Positions 1-13,434 are shown, numbered from the stretch's first letter. The stretch is 64,000 bases of DNA from Octopus sinensis (GCF_006345805.1 NC_043001.1:135780001-135844000); one strand, 5' to 3'. Notes: generated from the sequence alone by a model not told the origin. Program-made: numbers and translations.

Positions 1-347
1 CTTGTTCCTCAATGCTCTAAGAAGCAGAAACACTTGCACATTGGAAAACTCTTTATATACCTAGAATGGTTCAGCTGCCTCACACACATACATACTGAAA
101 GACTATCTGACTATTTGGTAAACCACTCACCATAACAATACATCCACTAAAACAGTAATGCTCAGTAGCCTTCTTCTCCAGCTCAGTAATCAATAATCCC
201 TAATTCTCTGGACAATCAAGCCATGTTATACCTATGATTCCCCCCAAATCTCTACCAGCCATTGATACCCATACCTAACCGTTCCTCTCTCCAACTTCAG
301 TCCTCCTGGAAAACACACACATACTCTCCACAGAGACACATAGTTAA

Positions 348-958
348 CCCTTTAGCATTTAAACTGGCCATGTTCAGCCCAAATATTCTATCTGTTTTAT
401 GTTCTGGCTAGACAGATCAAGCCTCTCAAACTTACCCTACAGTGTTATTCTAAAAGTACACCATCACATCATCCAAAGCTTAAAGCTTCAAGATAATCTA
501 TATATATAAAGCTGAAGTTGTCTGTGTATGGCAGGTTTGGTAGCCTTCAACTAACACTATCTCCTCTGAGACCCTGCGGCGCAAGTTGACCAAAATTGAG
601 AGTATGATAAAAGAAGGCTTGCTCTTCCTTCCGTAGAAGAAAAAATTCAAATCGGACCATGTTAACACCAAAAATTATTTACATCAAAAAGGTGCTTTTT
701 TTCTATGAAAATCTCTATTTTTTAATGATTTTTTTACTGCTGTGTCGCCATTTTTCGGTGTATTTCAACCAGAAAAATGTTCACTTAAAGAGAATAACAA
801 GCTACATAATACAAAATTTTTACTTTTCAAAAGTTCCAATTCTAAAGGGTTGAAACAAACCCGAGCAACGCCGGGCGATACTGCTAGTTAAGGATAAATT
901 TAAAACAATGTGAATAAAGAAGCAATACATTTGACAAAGTAATCTGAACGCTAAAGGG
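348..958. mobile_element. piggyBac-type non-autonomous element (MITE) with TTAA target-site duplication, interrupted by a Helitron
   Basis: TTAA|CCCTTTAGC at 344-356 and GCTAAAGGG|TTAA at 950-962. Related uninterrupted ~225-bp copies lie at ~39153, ~50491 and ~53047. Confidence 0.8.
497..887 (+). mobile_element. Non-autonomous Helitron
   Basis: 5' TCTATATATATAAA. 3' GC-rich hairpin CCCGAGCAACGCCGGG followed by CTAG. Inserted between A and T with no TSD. Confidence 0.85.
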
Positions 959-1449
959 TTAAAGCTGGCTCAGTTTCATTAATTTATATGAGTAGAGTGA
1001 ACTGCAACTGGTAATAGAAACTGTACTGTATACACAGCTCACCAGGGATTTATATCTATTCTACATTAATAGCAAAAATAGAAAATTGTTCACTGGAACT
1101 ATATTTCTGCTGCTGCTGCACAAAAAGTCGTATTGCTTAAGAAATATATGGTTTGTGGCAATATGACAATTATAAATCTATTGATTCAGCTGGCATTAAT
1201 GTGGAGACAAAACTATCAAAATACATTAAAATTTAAAGAAAAAAAAAGACCCCAAAAAAATGTTAAAAAAAAAAAAAAATTCAGACTGGAATTTTATACA
1301 AAAAAATAAATATTTCATACTAACAGGCTTCACTTGCATTTATCCTCTTTCTTTCTTTTCTGTCTCCTATTTATTTTATTTATTTACCTTTTTTCTTACA
1401 TTACTTGTTTTGTCAATTATCACTAATGCGGCTTCTGTTCTGAGTTTGC

Positions 1450-1530
1450 TCAGTAAGTCCATGCTAAATCTGTGCTATATTGGCCAAACTGTCTACTTCG
1501 CAGAAACAACCCCAACGCCCACTGCCCCCT
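1450..1530 (-). CDS. Candidate terminal exon of an unidentified host gene (RGQWALGLFLRSRQFGQYSTDLAWTY*)
   Basis: Very strong polypyrimidine acceptor (tttttcttctttcttttttttccttttgtag), 26 codons, TGA, then AT-rich UTR-like sequence with AATAAA motifs. No recognised homology and the frame is ambiguous. Confidence 0.25.
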   Translation of the reverse strand, partial: RGQWALGLFLRSRQFGQYSTDLAWTY

Positions 1531-1759
1531 CTACAAAAGGAAAAAAAAGAAAGAAGAAAAACAGCTTTTCACAAGAGGAACTATAAATAAACAATAATGG
1601 CAGGAAAATGGTGAAATTGTGAGCATGTAGGATAGAATGTCTTGCAGTATCAGTTCTAGTTTTCTGTGCTCTGAGTTCAAATCCCACCAAGCTTAGATAT
1701 TAATTTTTACTTTCATCCTTCTAATTTTGATAGATAAAGTACCTGTCATCTACTATGGT

Positions 1760-1980
1760 AGAAGCATGTGGCTTAGTAGTTAGGGTGTTGGACTCATGAT
1801 CATAAGATTGCGGTTTCAATTCCTGGACTGGGTGATGCACTGCATTCATGTTACTCCAGTCCACTTAGCTGGTAAAAATGAGTAACCATGCTATGGACCA
1901 GCTTCCCATCCAGGTGGGGAATATATACCCCATGGAAACTGGGAAACTGGTCCCTATGAGACTATAGAACTTGGGAAGGA
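1760..1980 (+). mobile_element. Old tRNA-headed SINE with LINE-like tail
   Basis: Degenerate A box (tggcttagtagtt) and B box (ggtttcaattcc). The tail ccatccaggtgggg...gaaactg...ccctatgag is shared with 60751-61030. Confidence 0.6.
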
Positions 1981-2201
1981 AGGAATGACATCTGTCATGG
2001 TCTCTTTGTCTGTCCATATGTCTGTCTCTTGGAATTGGTTATGTCATATTGTGTTGCAAGAACTTTTGTAAACTCATTGCAACACAAGAGCTATCTCATA
2101 GTATCTCTTTCTCATGATCTGGAGAAGCTGGTACATAAATATGAATGATCTGTAGGAACACCATAGTATGCAACCATAATATACTCATTGTTTACATTAG
2201 G

Positions 2202-2518
2202 CATCATCATCATCATCATCGTTTAACGTCTGTTTTCCGTGCTAGCATGGGTTAGATGGTTCGACCGGGGTCTGGGAAGCCAGGAGGCTGCACAAGACGC
2301 CAGTCTGATCTAGCAGTGTTTCTACAGCTGGATGCCCTTCTTAACACCAACCACTCTGTGAGTGTAGTGCATACTTTTTATGTGCTACCAGCACAGGAGC
2401 CAGAGGAGGCTGGCAAACGGCCACAATCGGTTGGTGCTTTTACATGTCACCGACACGGACGCCAGTTAGGCGGCGCTCACCGGCACGGGTATCTTAACTA
2501 CAATTTCCATTTGATTTT
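2202..2518 (-). mobile_element. RTE-type 3'-tail repeat (family C; truncated LINE 3' UTR or derived SINE)
   Basis: Contains ggatgcccttc and ends (sense) in AAACG(ATG)n. About 10 copies in the window. Confidence 0.8.
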
Positions 2519-3246
2519 CCCCATATACGGAAAATCGCAACCAAATCAGTGCTGGATATAATTTCTACGGAAAATCTGTAGAGATAACCTTAACAAGTGA
2601 CCTGGAGAAGGGTTATGTGAGAAGGGAAGGCAGTAAATACTCTTCTTACTATGTGAACCAATGTATAGTATGGTATGGAATAGAAATAAAGAATTTAATG
2701 TCCTCGGCTGTTGTTTTTTATCTGAAAGCGTAAGTCATCATTATCACCATCATTGTTTCAGTGTCCACTTTCTTATGCTTGCATAGGAGGAACAGAATTC
2801 ATTGCAGCAGATTTTCTGTGGTTAGATGCTCTTTCTGTTGCCAACCCTCACCTGCTTCTAAGAATGACCTTATTCTTACTCCCCCATGGTCAGACATATT
2901 TTTGTGGAAGAATGGAAATGAATGACACTGCTTCTATGATGGTGACACTCTTTTACAAGTATCAAGCAATGTCAAGACAAACAAACACACACACACACAC
3001 ACACAGAGTCAACATGCTTCTTTCAGTTTCTGCCAACCAAATAAATTTTTAAGGTTTTGACTATGGCCCAGTAGAAAACATTTTCCCAAGGTGTCATCCA
3101 GTGTGACTGAAATCCAAGCCATATGGTTGGGGAACAAACTTTTTAACCACACAGCCAAGCCTGTGCTTAAAAGAAAAATATAAATCAAAGTGATATTGTC
3201 ATATTTCATTAACAACTCATTAGTAGTGAGTACTGTATTACTGATC

Positions 3247-3623
3247 CTCTTTTACTCTTTTACTTGTTTCAGACATTTTGACTGCGGCCATGCTGGAGCA
3301 CTGCCTTTAGTCGAGCAAATCAACCCCGGGACTTATTCTTTGTAAGCCCAGTACTTATTTTATCGGGGACATAAACACACCAGCATCGGTTGTCAAGCAA
3401 TGCTAGGGGGGCCAAAAACACAGACACACAAACACACACACATACATATATATACATACATATATACGACAGGCTTCTTTCAGTTTCCGTCCACCAAATC
3501 CACTCACAAGGCATTGGTCGGCCTGGGGCTATAGCAGAAGACACTTGCCCAAGATGCCACGCAGTGGGACTGAACCCGGAACCATGTGGTTGGTTAGCAA
3601 GCTACTTACCACACAGCTACTCC
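3247..3623 (-). mobile_element. SINE family A (tRNA head, CORE-like segment, internal (TA)n(TG)n, (AAAAGAGT)n tail)
   Basis: Reverse complement of the family A consensus seen at 5438, 7029, 56398 and 61906, with a small internal deletion. Confidence 0.9.
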
Positions 3624-3993
3624 ATTTAACTACTACTACTACTACTACTACTACTACACCTTCACTGTTATCCTCTTTAGTATTGGCACCACAATAGAAT
3701 ACACACAGTTTACCATTAAATGTGAATGCAGGAGGTCCTCTTAATCTCAATGAGGACACGACAACCTCTCCAGTGCTGGTGCCATGATAAAATACACGTA
3801 GTACAGTCTGTAAACCGTTTGGTATTAAGAAACCAAGTGAAATATTAAACTTATCAGCGATATGTGGTTCTTCATCCCATTTAGATGTGCAGTAATGGGC
3901 ATCTGAGCTATGCCAGCAATGGAAAGTGGATGTAAATGATGATGGTGAAGATGATGATATTGAGAGGGATTCAGAAAATAATTGTCATTTGTA

Positions 3994-4379
3994 GGTGCAG
4001 GAGTGGCTGTGTGGTAAGTAGCCTGCTTACCAACCACATGGTTCCGGGTTCAGTCCCACTGCGTGGCACCTTGGGCAAGTGTCTTCTACTATAGCCTCAG
4101 GTCGACCAAAGCCTTGTGAGTGGATTTGGTAGATGGAAACTGAAAGAAGCCTGTCGTATATATGTATATATATATGTGTCTGTGTGTGTCTGTGTTTGTC
4201 CCCCCTAGCATTGCTTGACAACCGATGCTGGCGTGTTTATGTCCCCGTCACTTAGCAGTTCGGCAAAAGAGACCGATAGAATAAGTACTGGGCTTACAAA
4301 GAATAAGTCCCGATGTCGATTTGCTCGACTAAAGGCGGTGCTCCAGCATGGCCGCAGTCAAATGACTGAAACAAGTAAA
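3994..4379 (+). mobile_element. SINE family A
   Basis: A box TGGCTGTGTGG, B box GGGTTCAGTCCC, CORE-like ccttgggcaagtgtctt, tail gactgaaacaagtaa. Confidence 0.9.
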
Positions 4380-5437
4380 TTAATGAATTAAAATAATTGT
4401 TAGAAGACAGCGTAGAAGAACATGTGTATTGCTGGTAACGTAATACCGATTTCTGCAGAAATGGTCAAGTGACTTGGCAGATGTGACAAGAAGGTCGTGG
4501 ATGGATTTCAGTTTGGAATATGTTAAAGAGGTTATAACTCAGCTTCATAAAAATTCCTCGTAATGCATAGCACCTTAACACAGATAATTAAATATTTACT
4601 TTCACAAACAAACGCTGAATTCTGTCAGCTTTTTTCAGAAAAAATTGGTTTGAAATATGTTGCCTATGACAGAATACTGTAATTCTCTTTCTTGTAGCCA
4701 TGGCAACGAAGTGCACTGCATTTAATATTGATTAATGATCGGAGAAAAGATAATGTTCTAAGTTAATTTGATCAGCAAAATGGGATGGTGGCTCAATTGT
4801 AGCATATTTGGGTAGAGACCGTAGTGTTTAACACAGAAATACTAGCAATGCTGAATAAGGGAGAGTCTATGTGGTCAGCTGATTTGCAAGATATAGCAGC
4901 CAAAGCTTCCTCAATTCTACCCTTTAAGAAAATAGAAAGGACTTGCCAAATAATGTAGTCCTAAATAATACAAAAAGATAGGATAGTCATAGCTGGAATG
5001 TCTATGATCATAGATCTGCTTAATCAGGGTTGACCTTGGTTACAGAACAACGACAAAGGAGTCACATAGCAGTCACATTTTCTGCTGGAAATAGTAACTA
5101 AATTACTTTCAAAGCTCATTCACTGACTAAAGGAAGGACATATCTGATAATGAGGTCCTAGGATACACTAATAACTGAAACAAAGATGGAGGTGGTTTTT
5201 ATATGGCAACAGGTGTCATATATCCTAAGTACACTTGACAAAGACTTATTAGGGCCCAATGACAAGTACATGGTATATGGAAGTAAAATTGGTTAAAATG
5301 CTAGGAATTAGCAATGATGGTCGCACTTAAGAATTTTGTTTCTTATTTCAGATCAGCAAACACTTAGATTAAAAAGACAGACAACAAACTTTTTATCCAT
5401 AACTAACATAGCATCCTGTGAAACTTTAACATATATA

Positions 5438-5848
5438 GGCGCAGGAGTGGCTGTGTGGTAAGTAGCTTGCTAACCAACCACATGGTTCCGGGTTCAGTCC
5501 CACTGCATGGCATCTTGGGCAAGTGTCTTCTGCTATAGCCCCGGGCCGACCAATGCCTTGTGAGTGGATTTGGTAGACGGAAACTGAAAGAAGCCTGTCG
5601 TATATATGTATATATATATATATATGTATGTGTGTGTATATGTTTGTGTGTCTGTGTTTGTCCCCCTAGCATTGCTTGACAACCGATGCTGGTGTGTTTA
5701 TGTCCCTGTTACTTAGCGGTTCGGCAAAAAGAGACCGATAGAATAAGTACTGGGCTTACAAAAGAATAAGTCCCGGGGTCGAGTTGCTCGATTAAAGGTG
5801 GTGCTCCAGCATGGACGCAGTCAAATGACTGAAACAAGTAAAAGAGTA
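5438..5848 (+). mobile_element. SINE family A
   Basis: Full-length match to the other family A copies. Confidence 0.9.
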
Positions 5849-6244
5849 TATCTCTAAAACATTTATTTAGCCATTTGATGATTATTTGTTGAAATTTTCC
5901 GAGAGAAGTCACTGTGATAATTTTTGACTTTCTGAACCATTTATACTTATTTATTGCCTTTTTTGCTTCTGTTGTAGTGATTCATAATTCAGCAGATGAT
6001 ATCTTAGAAGTTCAGTGTTTCTTATCAATCTTATTAGCCAATCAGAGATGAGTAATCTATCAACCATTTTGGTTATATAAACTATAACCATGTTAAAGGC
6101 TGGAAATAGAAACTAAACACTCCTCCATGTGAGAAACAGTTTAGCCTTCTGTTAAATATTCCATGTTATTTGTATGGGGTATGTGGGGTGCACTGTTTGC
6201 ATTTGTTGAATTCATACAGACATGAAGTTATAACATCAACTATA

Positions 6245-6423
6245 GGTGCAGGAGTGGCAGTGTGGTAAGTAGCTTGTTTACCAACCACATGGTTCCGGGT
6301 TCAGTCCCACTGCATGGCACCTTGGGCAAGTGTCTTCTACTATAGCCTCGAGCCTACCAAAGCCTTGTGAGTGGATTTGGTAGATGGAAATGGAAAGAAG
6401 TCCGCCGTATATATGTATATATA

Positions 6424-6466
<43 letters not shown>

Positions 6467-6675
6467 TGTGTGTGTTTGTGTGTCTGTGTTTGTCCCCCTA
6501 GCATTGCTTGACAACCGATGCTGGTGTGTTTATGTCCCTGTTACTTAGCGGTTCGGCAAAAGAGACCGATAGAATAAGTACTGGGCTTACAAAAGAATAA
6601 GTCCCGGGGTTGAGTTGCTCGATTAAAAGCGGTGCTCCAGCATGGCCGCAGTCAAATGACTGAAACAAGTAAAAA

Positions 6676-6715
<40 letters not shown>
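6245..6715 (+). mobile_element. SINE family A with (GA)n tail
   Basis: Full-length match, with an expanded internal (TA)n. Confidence 0.9.
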
Positions 6716-7028
6716 TATACTGAGTCACTGAGTACCCTCAGTGATTAAATATTTTGCTTAAATGAACTAAGATTGTACTGACCAGGTATATGTCCACCTG
6801 GATGGTATTCGACTCTTGTATCTCAGTTAACCACAACTATCATCAAATCCTAGATGACATGTAACCACAAATAGTGTACTTGAGTGGGCTAAAAAACAGG
6901 AGAAAGAACATCTTATCAAAGAACTTCCTGTTTACACCATGTTTGTTTATTATTTTGTGGTTTAGTGAATGATTTTCTCAGGATGTTTTTTTTCTTCCTT
7001 TGCTTTTCAAGCATTATGGCAAGTAATA

Positions 7029-7440
7029 GGCGTAGGAGTGGCTGTGTGGTAAGTAGCTTGCTTACCAACCACATGGTTCAGGGTTCAGTCCCACTGCGTG
7101 GCACCTTGGGCAAGTGTCTTCTACTATAGGCTTGGGCCGACCAAAGCCTTATGAGTGGATTTGGTAGACGAAAACTGAAAGAAGCCTGTCGTATATATGT
7201 ATGTATATATATGTATATGTGCGTGTGTATATGTTTTTGTGTCTGTGTTTGTCCCCCTAGCATTGCTTGACAACCGATGCTGGTGTGTTTACGTCTCTGT
7301 AACTTAGCGGTTCGGCAAAAGAGACTGATAGAATAAATACTAGGCTTACGAAGAATAAGTCCCGGGGTTGATTTGCTCGACTAAAGGCGGTGCTCCAGCA
7401 TGGCCACAGTCAAATGACTGAAACAAGTAAAAGAGAGAGT
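7029..7440 (+). mobile_element. SINE family A
   Basis: Full-length match. Confidence 0.9.
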
Positions 7441-7949
7441 AATACTTCAAAGATTGAGTTAGAATTCGGTGATACTATTTATTAATGACTTAATTAGTGA
7501 AAGAGAGTGTGGAATTGGAGTAAAAAACAAAAAAACCCCACAGTAAATGTTTCAGTGTCACCAGGACACCAGCATGTAATTTATATTGGAATTTATTGAT
7601 TCAGAGCAGGAGTGGAATGGTCACATTGTTAATCATTGTACTGATGCTTGCATTAGTGATGAGGGCCCTAAAACACCTTTGAATTTAGAAGTAAAACCTG
7701 TTGAATATTTTCTTCAAAATTTTCCTGAAAATGTTTTTGTCAGGATAAACAATGGAACCACAGGGTGTGTGTGTGTGTCAACCAGGTAATTCCATCTTTA
7801 TTACATCAATGCAGGAGATGAAAGTGTGTCTCAGAATTATTCTTTTAATGATAATGGTACAGTTTCTAAGTTATAGAGACAGAGGAACAAAAATTCGGCT
7901 TTGAGACAGGGAAGCAATACCCAAGAAACCATATCTTTAAGACTATTGA

Positions 7950-8500
7950 AAAGGTTGCAAGACGAAATAAGTGGAAATTTTACCGGTGAGTGTGTTAAAT
8001 AATAAGGTACTAAAAGAGAATGACTCTCCCCAGACACAACAGAATATGCTTCAACACACAAACTCATATAAAGAATCTTGCAAACCAAATCCAAAACCGA
8101 AACATATTTAGAAATATATGTGGAAACATCTGTGTAATCAACTTAACTGTATTTAATCTACCTAAGCAATCAAAAGTGACACGACAACATAGCATTTGCA
8201 ATATTCATCAAAGATTATTACATCCTAATTGATGTAATAGATATATTTTTATGATTTTTCTACTAAACTAATTGTTTTTCATCAAAATCTCTAGTTTCTA
8301 AAAGGAATATGAGATTTACATAGAAAAAGCACTTTAATTTAAGAGTTTAGCTTTCCGTCATAAAATATTCCTCCAATAGATCTCGAAGTATCTTTCACGG
8401 CAGTTATGAATTTTTGATAATATAAAATGTCACCATTTTACTCTTTGATCCATTCAAAGTTAATTTATACACCAGCTATTTGGAACGTCAGCATCTACTA
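7950..8500 (-). pseudogene. Highly degraded Penelope-like reverse transcriptase remnant
   Basis: Minus-strand translation across stops gives VKDT...KTISLV...IFCCVWGES, resembling the PLE RT motifs VKDS, ETI and (YVDD)IFxxW. Part of it is repeated at 13380-13725. Confidence 0.4.
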
Positions 8501-8789
8501 CATATTGTGTGGATAAATGAGTAACTGTCTTTAGTTCAACAGCAGCTGAAGAAGTGAAGAGTCACTTGAGCAGCAAGGTACCTGGCAAAGTATCTTTATT
8601 CTCTATACTCGTTTCAGTCATTTGTTTGTGGCCATGCTGCAACAGTGATAAATATTTCATATTTTCTTTATATATCTGAGGTTCAGTCTTCCAATTTATT
8701 TACACAAAGCCACAACACTAACCACCAGCTGGGTTATTGTGCACACTTAGTTGAACTCAGACTATACTGAGGTTCAAGTGTACCTCACT

Positions 8790-8830
<41 letters not shown>

Positions 8831-9012
8831 TATTCATCAAAATCATCATCATTTAATATCTTATCTTTTTTTTTAATCTTTTACTGGTTTCAGCTCAGCG
8901 CTGAGGTCATGCTGGTGCACCATCTGTAGTTACTCGGTATTGCTTCTGGTATTGTTGTTGGTGATGGAGCTCTCTCCTTTGTGCCACCTGCTGTGATGTG
9001 GGTTCATCTGGT

Positions 9013-9149
9013 ATCATCATCATCATCATCGTTTAGCGTCTGCTTTCCATGCTGGCATGGGTTGGACGGTTCAACTGGGGTGTGGGAAGCCAGAAGGCTG
9101 CACCAGGCCCAGTCTGATCTGGCAATGTTTCTACGGCTGGATGCCCTTC
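9013..9149 (-). mobile_element. Family C RTE-tail fragment
   Basis: (CAT)n gtttagcgtc...ctacggctggatgccctt. Confidence 0.8.
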
Positions 9150-9286
9150 AGCTGTCCAGATGCTCCTTGAAAAATTCCACATCAACACCATGTAGATCTC
9201 TATGGTTGCCTGGCAAGATGTAGAACAATTGCAGGCTCAGGCTCTTGAAACCAACCCAGACTATTGCAGTACTGTGTACTGTGTAT

Positions 9287-9510
9287 GGAGGCGCAATGGC
9301 CTAGTGGTTAGGGCAGCGGACTCGCGGTCGTAGGATCGTGGTTTCGATTCCCAGACCGGGCGTTGTGAGTGTTTATTGAGCGAAAACACCTTAAAGCTCC
9401 ACGAGGCTCCGGCAGGGGATGGTGGTGATCCCTGCTGTACTCTTTCACCACTTAAACGGCGGTGCATCAGCATGACCGCAGCTCTGAGCTGAAACTAGAA
9501 AAAAAAAAAA
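9287..9510 (+). mobile_element. Chimeric SINE: family B head joined to a family A-like 3' end
   Basis: ggaggcgcaatggcctagtggttagggcagcgg...ctctttcaccac, then aaacggcggtgcatcagcatgaccgcagc...gaaactagA(n). Confidence 0.75.
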
Positions 9511-9511
9511 T

Positions 9512-9543
<32 letters not shown>

Positions 9544-9864
9544 GTATATATGTCTTTGTGTATGTGTGTGCAAAAGTGTACCCCCTGAACCTACCACATA
9601 GTAGAATACCATGATCTAAATAAAGAATAAATATGTAAATAAAGAGATTAAGTTAATAGTGCAAACAATATTGGTTATTGTTGTAATAACAGGGTTAGTC
9701 AATTGTTTATCATGGAAGTAGATAATGTGAGAGAGAGAGAGAGAGTTGGAGGTTGTAGCAAAAAACACACACACATCACACAATGTGGAAAATGAATGGA
9801 TATGTGTGTGTGTGTGGAGAAAGAGATAATGAATATATGAATGGTGACAACATATGCAAACATG

Positions 9865-10227
9865 CAGTGCATGTGAGAGGGTGGGTATGTATGTATGTAT
9901 GTATGTGTGTATGTGTGTGTGTGTATGTGTGTGTGTATGTGTGTGTATGTATGTGTATGTGTGTATGTATGTATGTATGTATGTATGTATGTATGTGTGT
10001 ATGTGTGTGTATGTATGTGTGTATGTATGTGTGTGTGTATGTGTGTATGTATGTGTGTATGTATGTGTGCGTGTATGTGTGTGTGTATGTGTGTGTGTAT
10101 GTATGTGTGTATGTGTATGTGTGTATGTATGTGTGTATGTATGTGTGTATGTATGTATGTATGTATGTATGTGTGCGTGTATGTGTGTATGTATGTGTGT
10201 ATGTATGTATGCGTGTGTGTATGTATG

Positions 10228-10260
<33 letters not shown>

Positions 10261-10530
10261 GTGTGTGTGTATGTATGTGTGTATGTATGTATGTATGTGT
10301 GTATGTATGTATGTGTATGTGTGTATGTATGTGTGTATGTATGTGTGTATGTATGTATGTATGCGTGTATGTATGTATGCGTGTGTGTATGTATGTATGT
10401 ATGTATGTATGTATGTATGTATGTATGTATGTATGTATGTATGATGTATTTATGCATGCATGTATGTATGAATGTATGTATGTACGTATATGTATGTATG
10501 TATGTGTGTATGTATGCATGTATGTATGAG
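9865..10530. repeat. ~660-bp compound (TATG)n/(TG)n microsatellite
   Basis: Seen directly in the sequence. Source of the spurious YVCM/HTYI ORFs. Confidence 0.97.
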
Positions 10531-10785
10531 TGCACATATAAGCGAGAAAGAGGGAGGAGAAGACAATGAAAGGAAATGAATATTTACAGCACACACACAC
10601 ACACACACATGGAGTCTGTAAAGAGGAGGAAAAAGATAAGAGAATGAGAGAGAAAGAGAGGAGAGGGGTAGTGGTTGCAGTGGTGAGTGAAAATATAAGA
10701 GAGAGTAAGATATGGTCTACATATACATTCATACATACAGAAACAGGCATTGAAACACATTAATAATTGCCTCTTTTATTTTTTT

Positions 10786-11183
10786 CTCTTTTATCTTTTA
10801 CTTGTTTCAGTCATTTGACTGCGGCCATGCTGGAGCACCACCTTTAGTCGAGCAAATCGACCCTGGGACTTATTCTTTTTGTAAGCCCAGTACTTATTCT
10901 ATCGGTCTCTTTTGCCGAACCGCTAAGTGACGGGGACTTAAACACACCAGCATCGGTTGTCAAGCAATGCCAGGGGGACAAACACAGACACACACATACA
11001 TATATATATATACATATATACGACAGGCTTCTTTCTGTTTCCGTCTACCAAATCCACTCACAAGGCATTGGTTGGCCCGGGGCTATAGCAGAAGACACTT
11101 GCCCAAGATGCCACGCAGTGGGACTGAACCCGGAACCATATGGTTGGTAAGCAAGCTACTTGCCACACAGCCACTCCTGCGCC
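10786..11183 (-). mobile_element. SINE family A
   Basis: Full-length reverse-complement match. Confidence 0.9.
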
Positions 11184-11292
11184 TGCGTACACACACATGC
11201 TAACAAATTTTGAAATAACTGTAGGAGAGGCATAAAGCACAAGACATCAATATTTTCACACACACACGCAAATGTATGTGGCTATACACATG

Positions 11293-11326
<34 letters not shown>

Positions 11327-11925
11327 CAATTGCACTGATTAACTTCGCCAAGACAAACAATTTCACAAGACATTTGTGATCACAGTAAGATAGTGTGTGT
11401 ACTGCATGTGTATATGTATGTATGTATATGTATGTGTACAGTGTGTGTATTCGTGCAGTGTGTGTGTGTGTGTGTGTTTGTGTGTGAGAGTGTGAGTGTG
11501 TGTGTGTATAAACACATGTTTTGAAAACAAAAGGAAAACCCTCAAAATCTCCATCAAATGACAGAAACGTTTAGTAACAAAATAAACAGTGAGGTACTGA
11601 GTTCAAGCCTGACAAACAACACATCTATCCATTTATATATACATCCATAGTTACCAATCCTTCTACGCACTGTATTTACTCCACTAATTCCAGCCACCAT
11701 TGAACTACAAATATTTGTCAAGTCGTCAACGTTATTAAGTGGAAGCAGGTTATTAAGTCGAAGAACTCACTAATCAAACAAATTTACGGAACTGCTCAAA
11801 TATTAATGAGGCTGATCAAATATTTTTGAATGACTGATGTAGAAACTGGAGGAGTTCACCAATTCAGTGTGTCATATAGAATAGGTTTTCAGTTTTAAAG
11901 ACAATACTGCATGCATCATTGAGAG

Positions 11926-12205
11926 ATCATCATCATCATCATCATCATCATCATTTAGCGTCCGCTTTCCATGCTAGCATGGGTTGGACGGTTCAACTGG
12001 GGTCTGGGAAGCCAGAAGGCTGCATCAGGCTCCAGTCTGATCTGGCGGTGTTTCTACGGCCGGATGCCCTTCCTAACGCCAACCACTCCGTGAGTGTAGT
12101 GGGTACTTTTTATGTGCCACCGGCACAGGTGCCAGACGAGCTGGCAAACGGCCACGGACGGATGGTGCTTTTTACGTGCCACCAACAGATGGATGTTGTG
12201 TTTTG
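11926..12205 (-). mobile_element. Family C RTE-tail repeat
   Basis: (CAT)n...cggatgcccttcctaacgccaaccactccgtgagtgtagtggg. Confidence 0.85.
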
Positions 12206-12217
12206 TTACAACCTCCA

Positions 12218-12256
<39 letters not shown>

Positions 12257-13434
12257 CACTCATTCCTTTGACCGATTTCTTTTACTCTTTTATTTGTTTT
12301 AGTTATTTGACTGTGGCCATTCTGGAGCACCACATCAAGGGGTTTTAGTGGAACAAACCAACCCTAGGACTTATTCTTTGTGAACTTAGTATTTATTCTA
12401 TCGGTTTTTTTTTGCCGAACTTCTAAGTTACTGGGACATAAACATACCAACTTTGGTTGTCAAGCGATGGTCGGGGACAAACACAGACACAAACACACAA
12501 ATATATACAAACATACATACAAATATATATATAAATTTTATTGATTACTTAAGTTCAGCTATCTGTAAAGGGACATAACTACAATAGAATATATACTGCT
12601 ATTTCTAGTAGGCAAGCATCTATCATTGATGAGACCAAAGGAGGTAGAAACATGTCATCTGATGATGTCGGTGCTGGAGGTGGTGGGTATTTATCTCCCT
12701 GCTAGCGATATAACCAAGTGTGCAATATGAGAGTTTCTCATATATCTACCGCAGCATAGTTTGTTTTAATAGAATTTCCACATTTAAGTGGGGATAAACA
12801 CTGCAAAGTACTTTATGTTTCAAGCACTGATTTATACTAGCATTCCTTTACCAGCAGACACACTCAATAGGCTTCTGCACAGTTTCCACCAACAGAACTT
12901 CCTTCCATCAGACCCAGCTTCCTTCCCTATTACTGCCTCTATCACAGCCACCTTCCCACCCAACAGATGCTGCTCTTTATTTACATCACCAGAGAATGAC
13001 TGCCACCAGCCTCTCCCTCTACACATCATCAACTGATACCACTGCAAATACTCTGGTCACTTCCTCTACTCCACCTTACATGTGTTACCTAACATCCTAG
13101 CTGTAATGTTTAATACGCAACAGATGTAGATTTCCAGCTACATTTCTTATCTATTATCCCAATTACAATATTCCTGATGCATATTATATTCAAGGAAGAA
13201 AACACCAATTTTTCTCAAACACAAATGCATTCACAAATGAACCAGTGAAGGAGCCTCCACGTAGCATTTGATGCTAGTAGAAATATCAGATATTCTTTAA
13301 ATCACACCCTACTAAGTATGCATGAGCCAATGAGGAAACCTGTACATAGTTATTAGTACTGATAAATATAGTTATTAAATTTCATTTTTGGATTTGGTTT
13401 GCAAGATTCTTTATATGAGTTCGTGTGTTGAAGC

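Noticed and set aside
1260-1586. Plus-strand ORF ending KGKKRKKKNSFSQEEL (ER-retention-like)
   Set aside because: The basic run is the reverse complement of a polypyrimidine tract. There is no other support, and it is probably coincidental.
3994-4070. tRNA-like sequences at the start of many repeats
   Set aside because: They are SINE heads with A/B boxes, attached to SINE bodies and without a convincing complete cloverleaf, so they are not called as tRNA genes.
7586-7789. ORF with GPKTPLNLEVKPVEYFLQNFPENVFVRI resembling a piggyBac transposase N-terminal motif
   Set aside because: It is too short, no downstream DDD-domain motifs were found, and the similarity could be chance.
8200-8500. DVIIFDEY read as a viral helicase Walker B (possible endogenous virus)
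   Set aside because: There is no Walker A or other viral motif, the frame is full of stops, and a degraded PLE RT explains the region better.
9699-10750. Long ORFs of 200-324 aa (HTYI/YVCM repeats); likewise 17369-17858, 26820-27271, 48267-49131, 51046-52814 and 54045-54485
   Set aside because: They are translations of TA/CA/TACA microsatellites, which lack stop codons in several frames.
12650-12680. Isolated CTGATGA/CTGAAGA/CTGACGA words (also ~8545, ~16343, ~41788, ~56114)
   Set aside because: No stem II-GAAA partner or stem I complementarity nearby, so they are not hammerheads.
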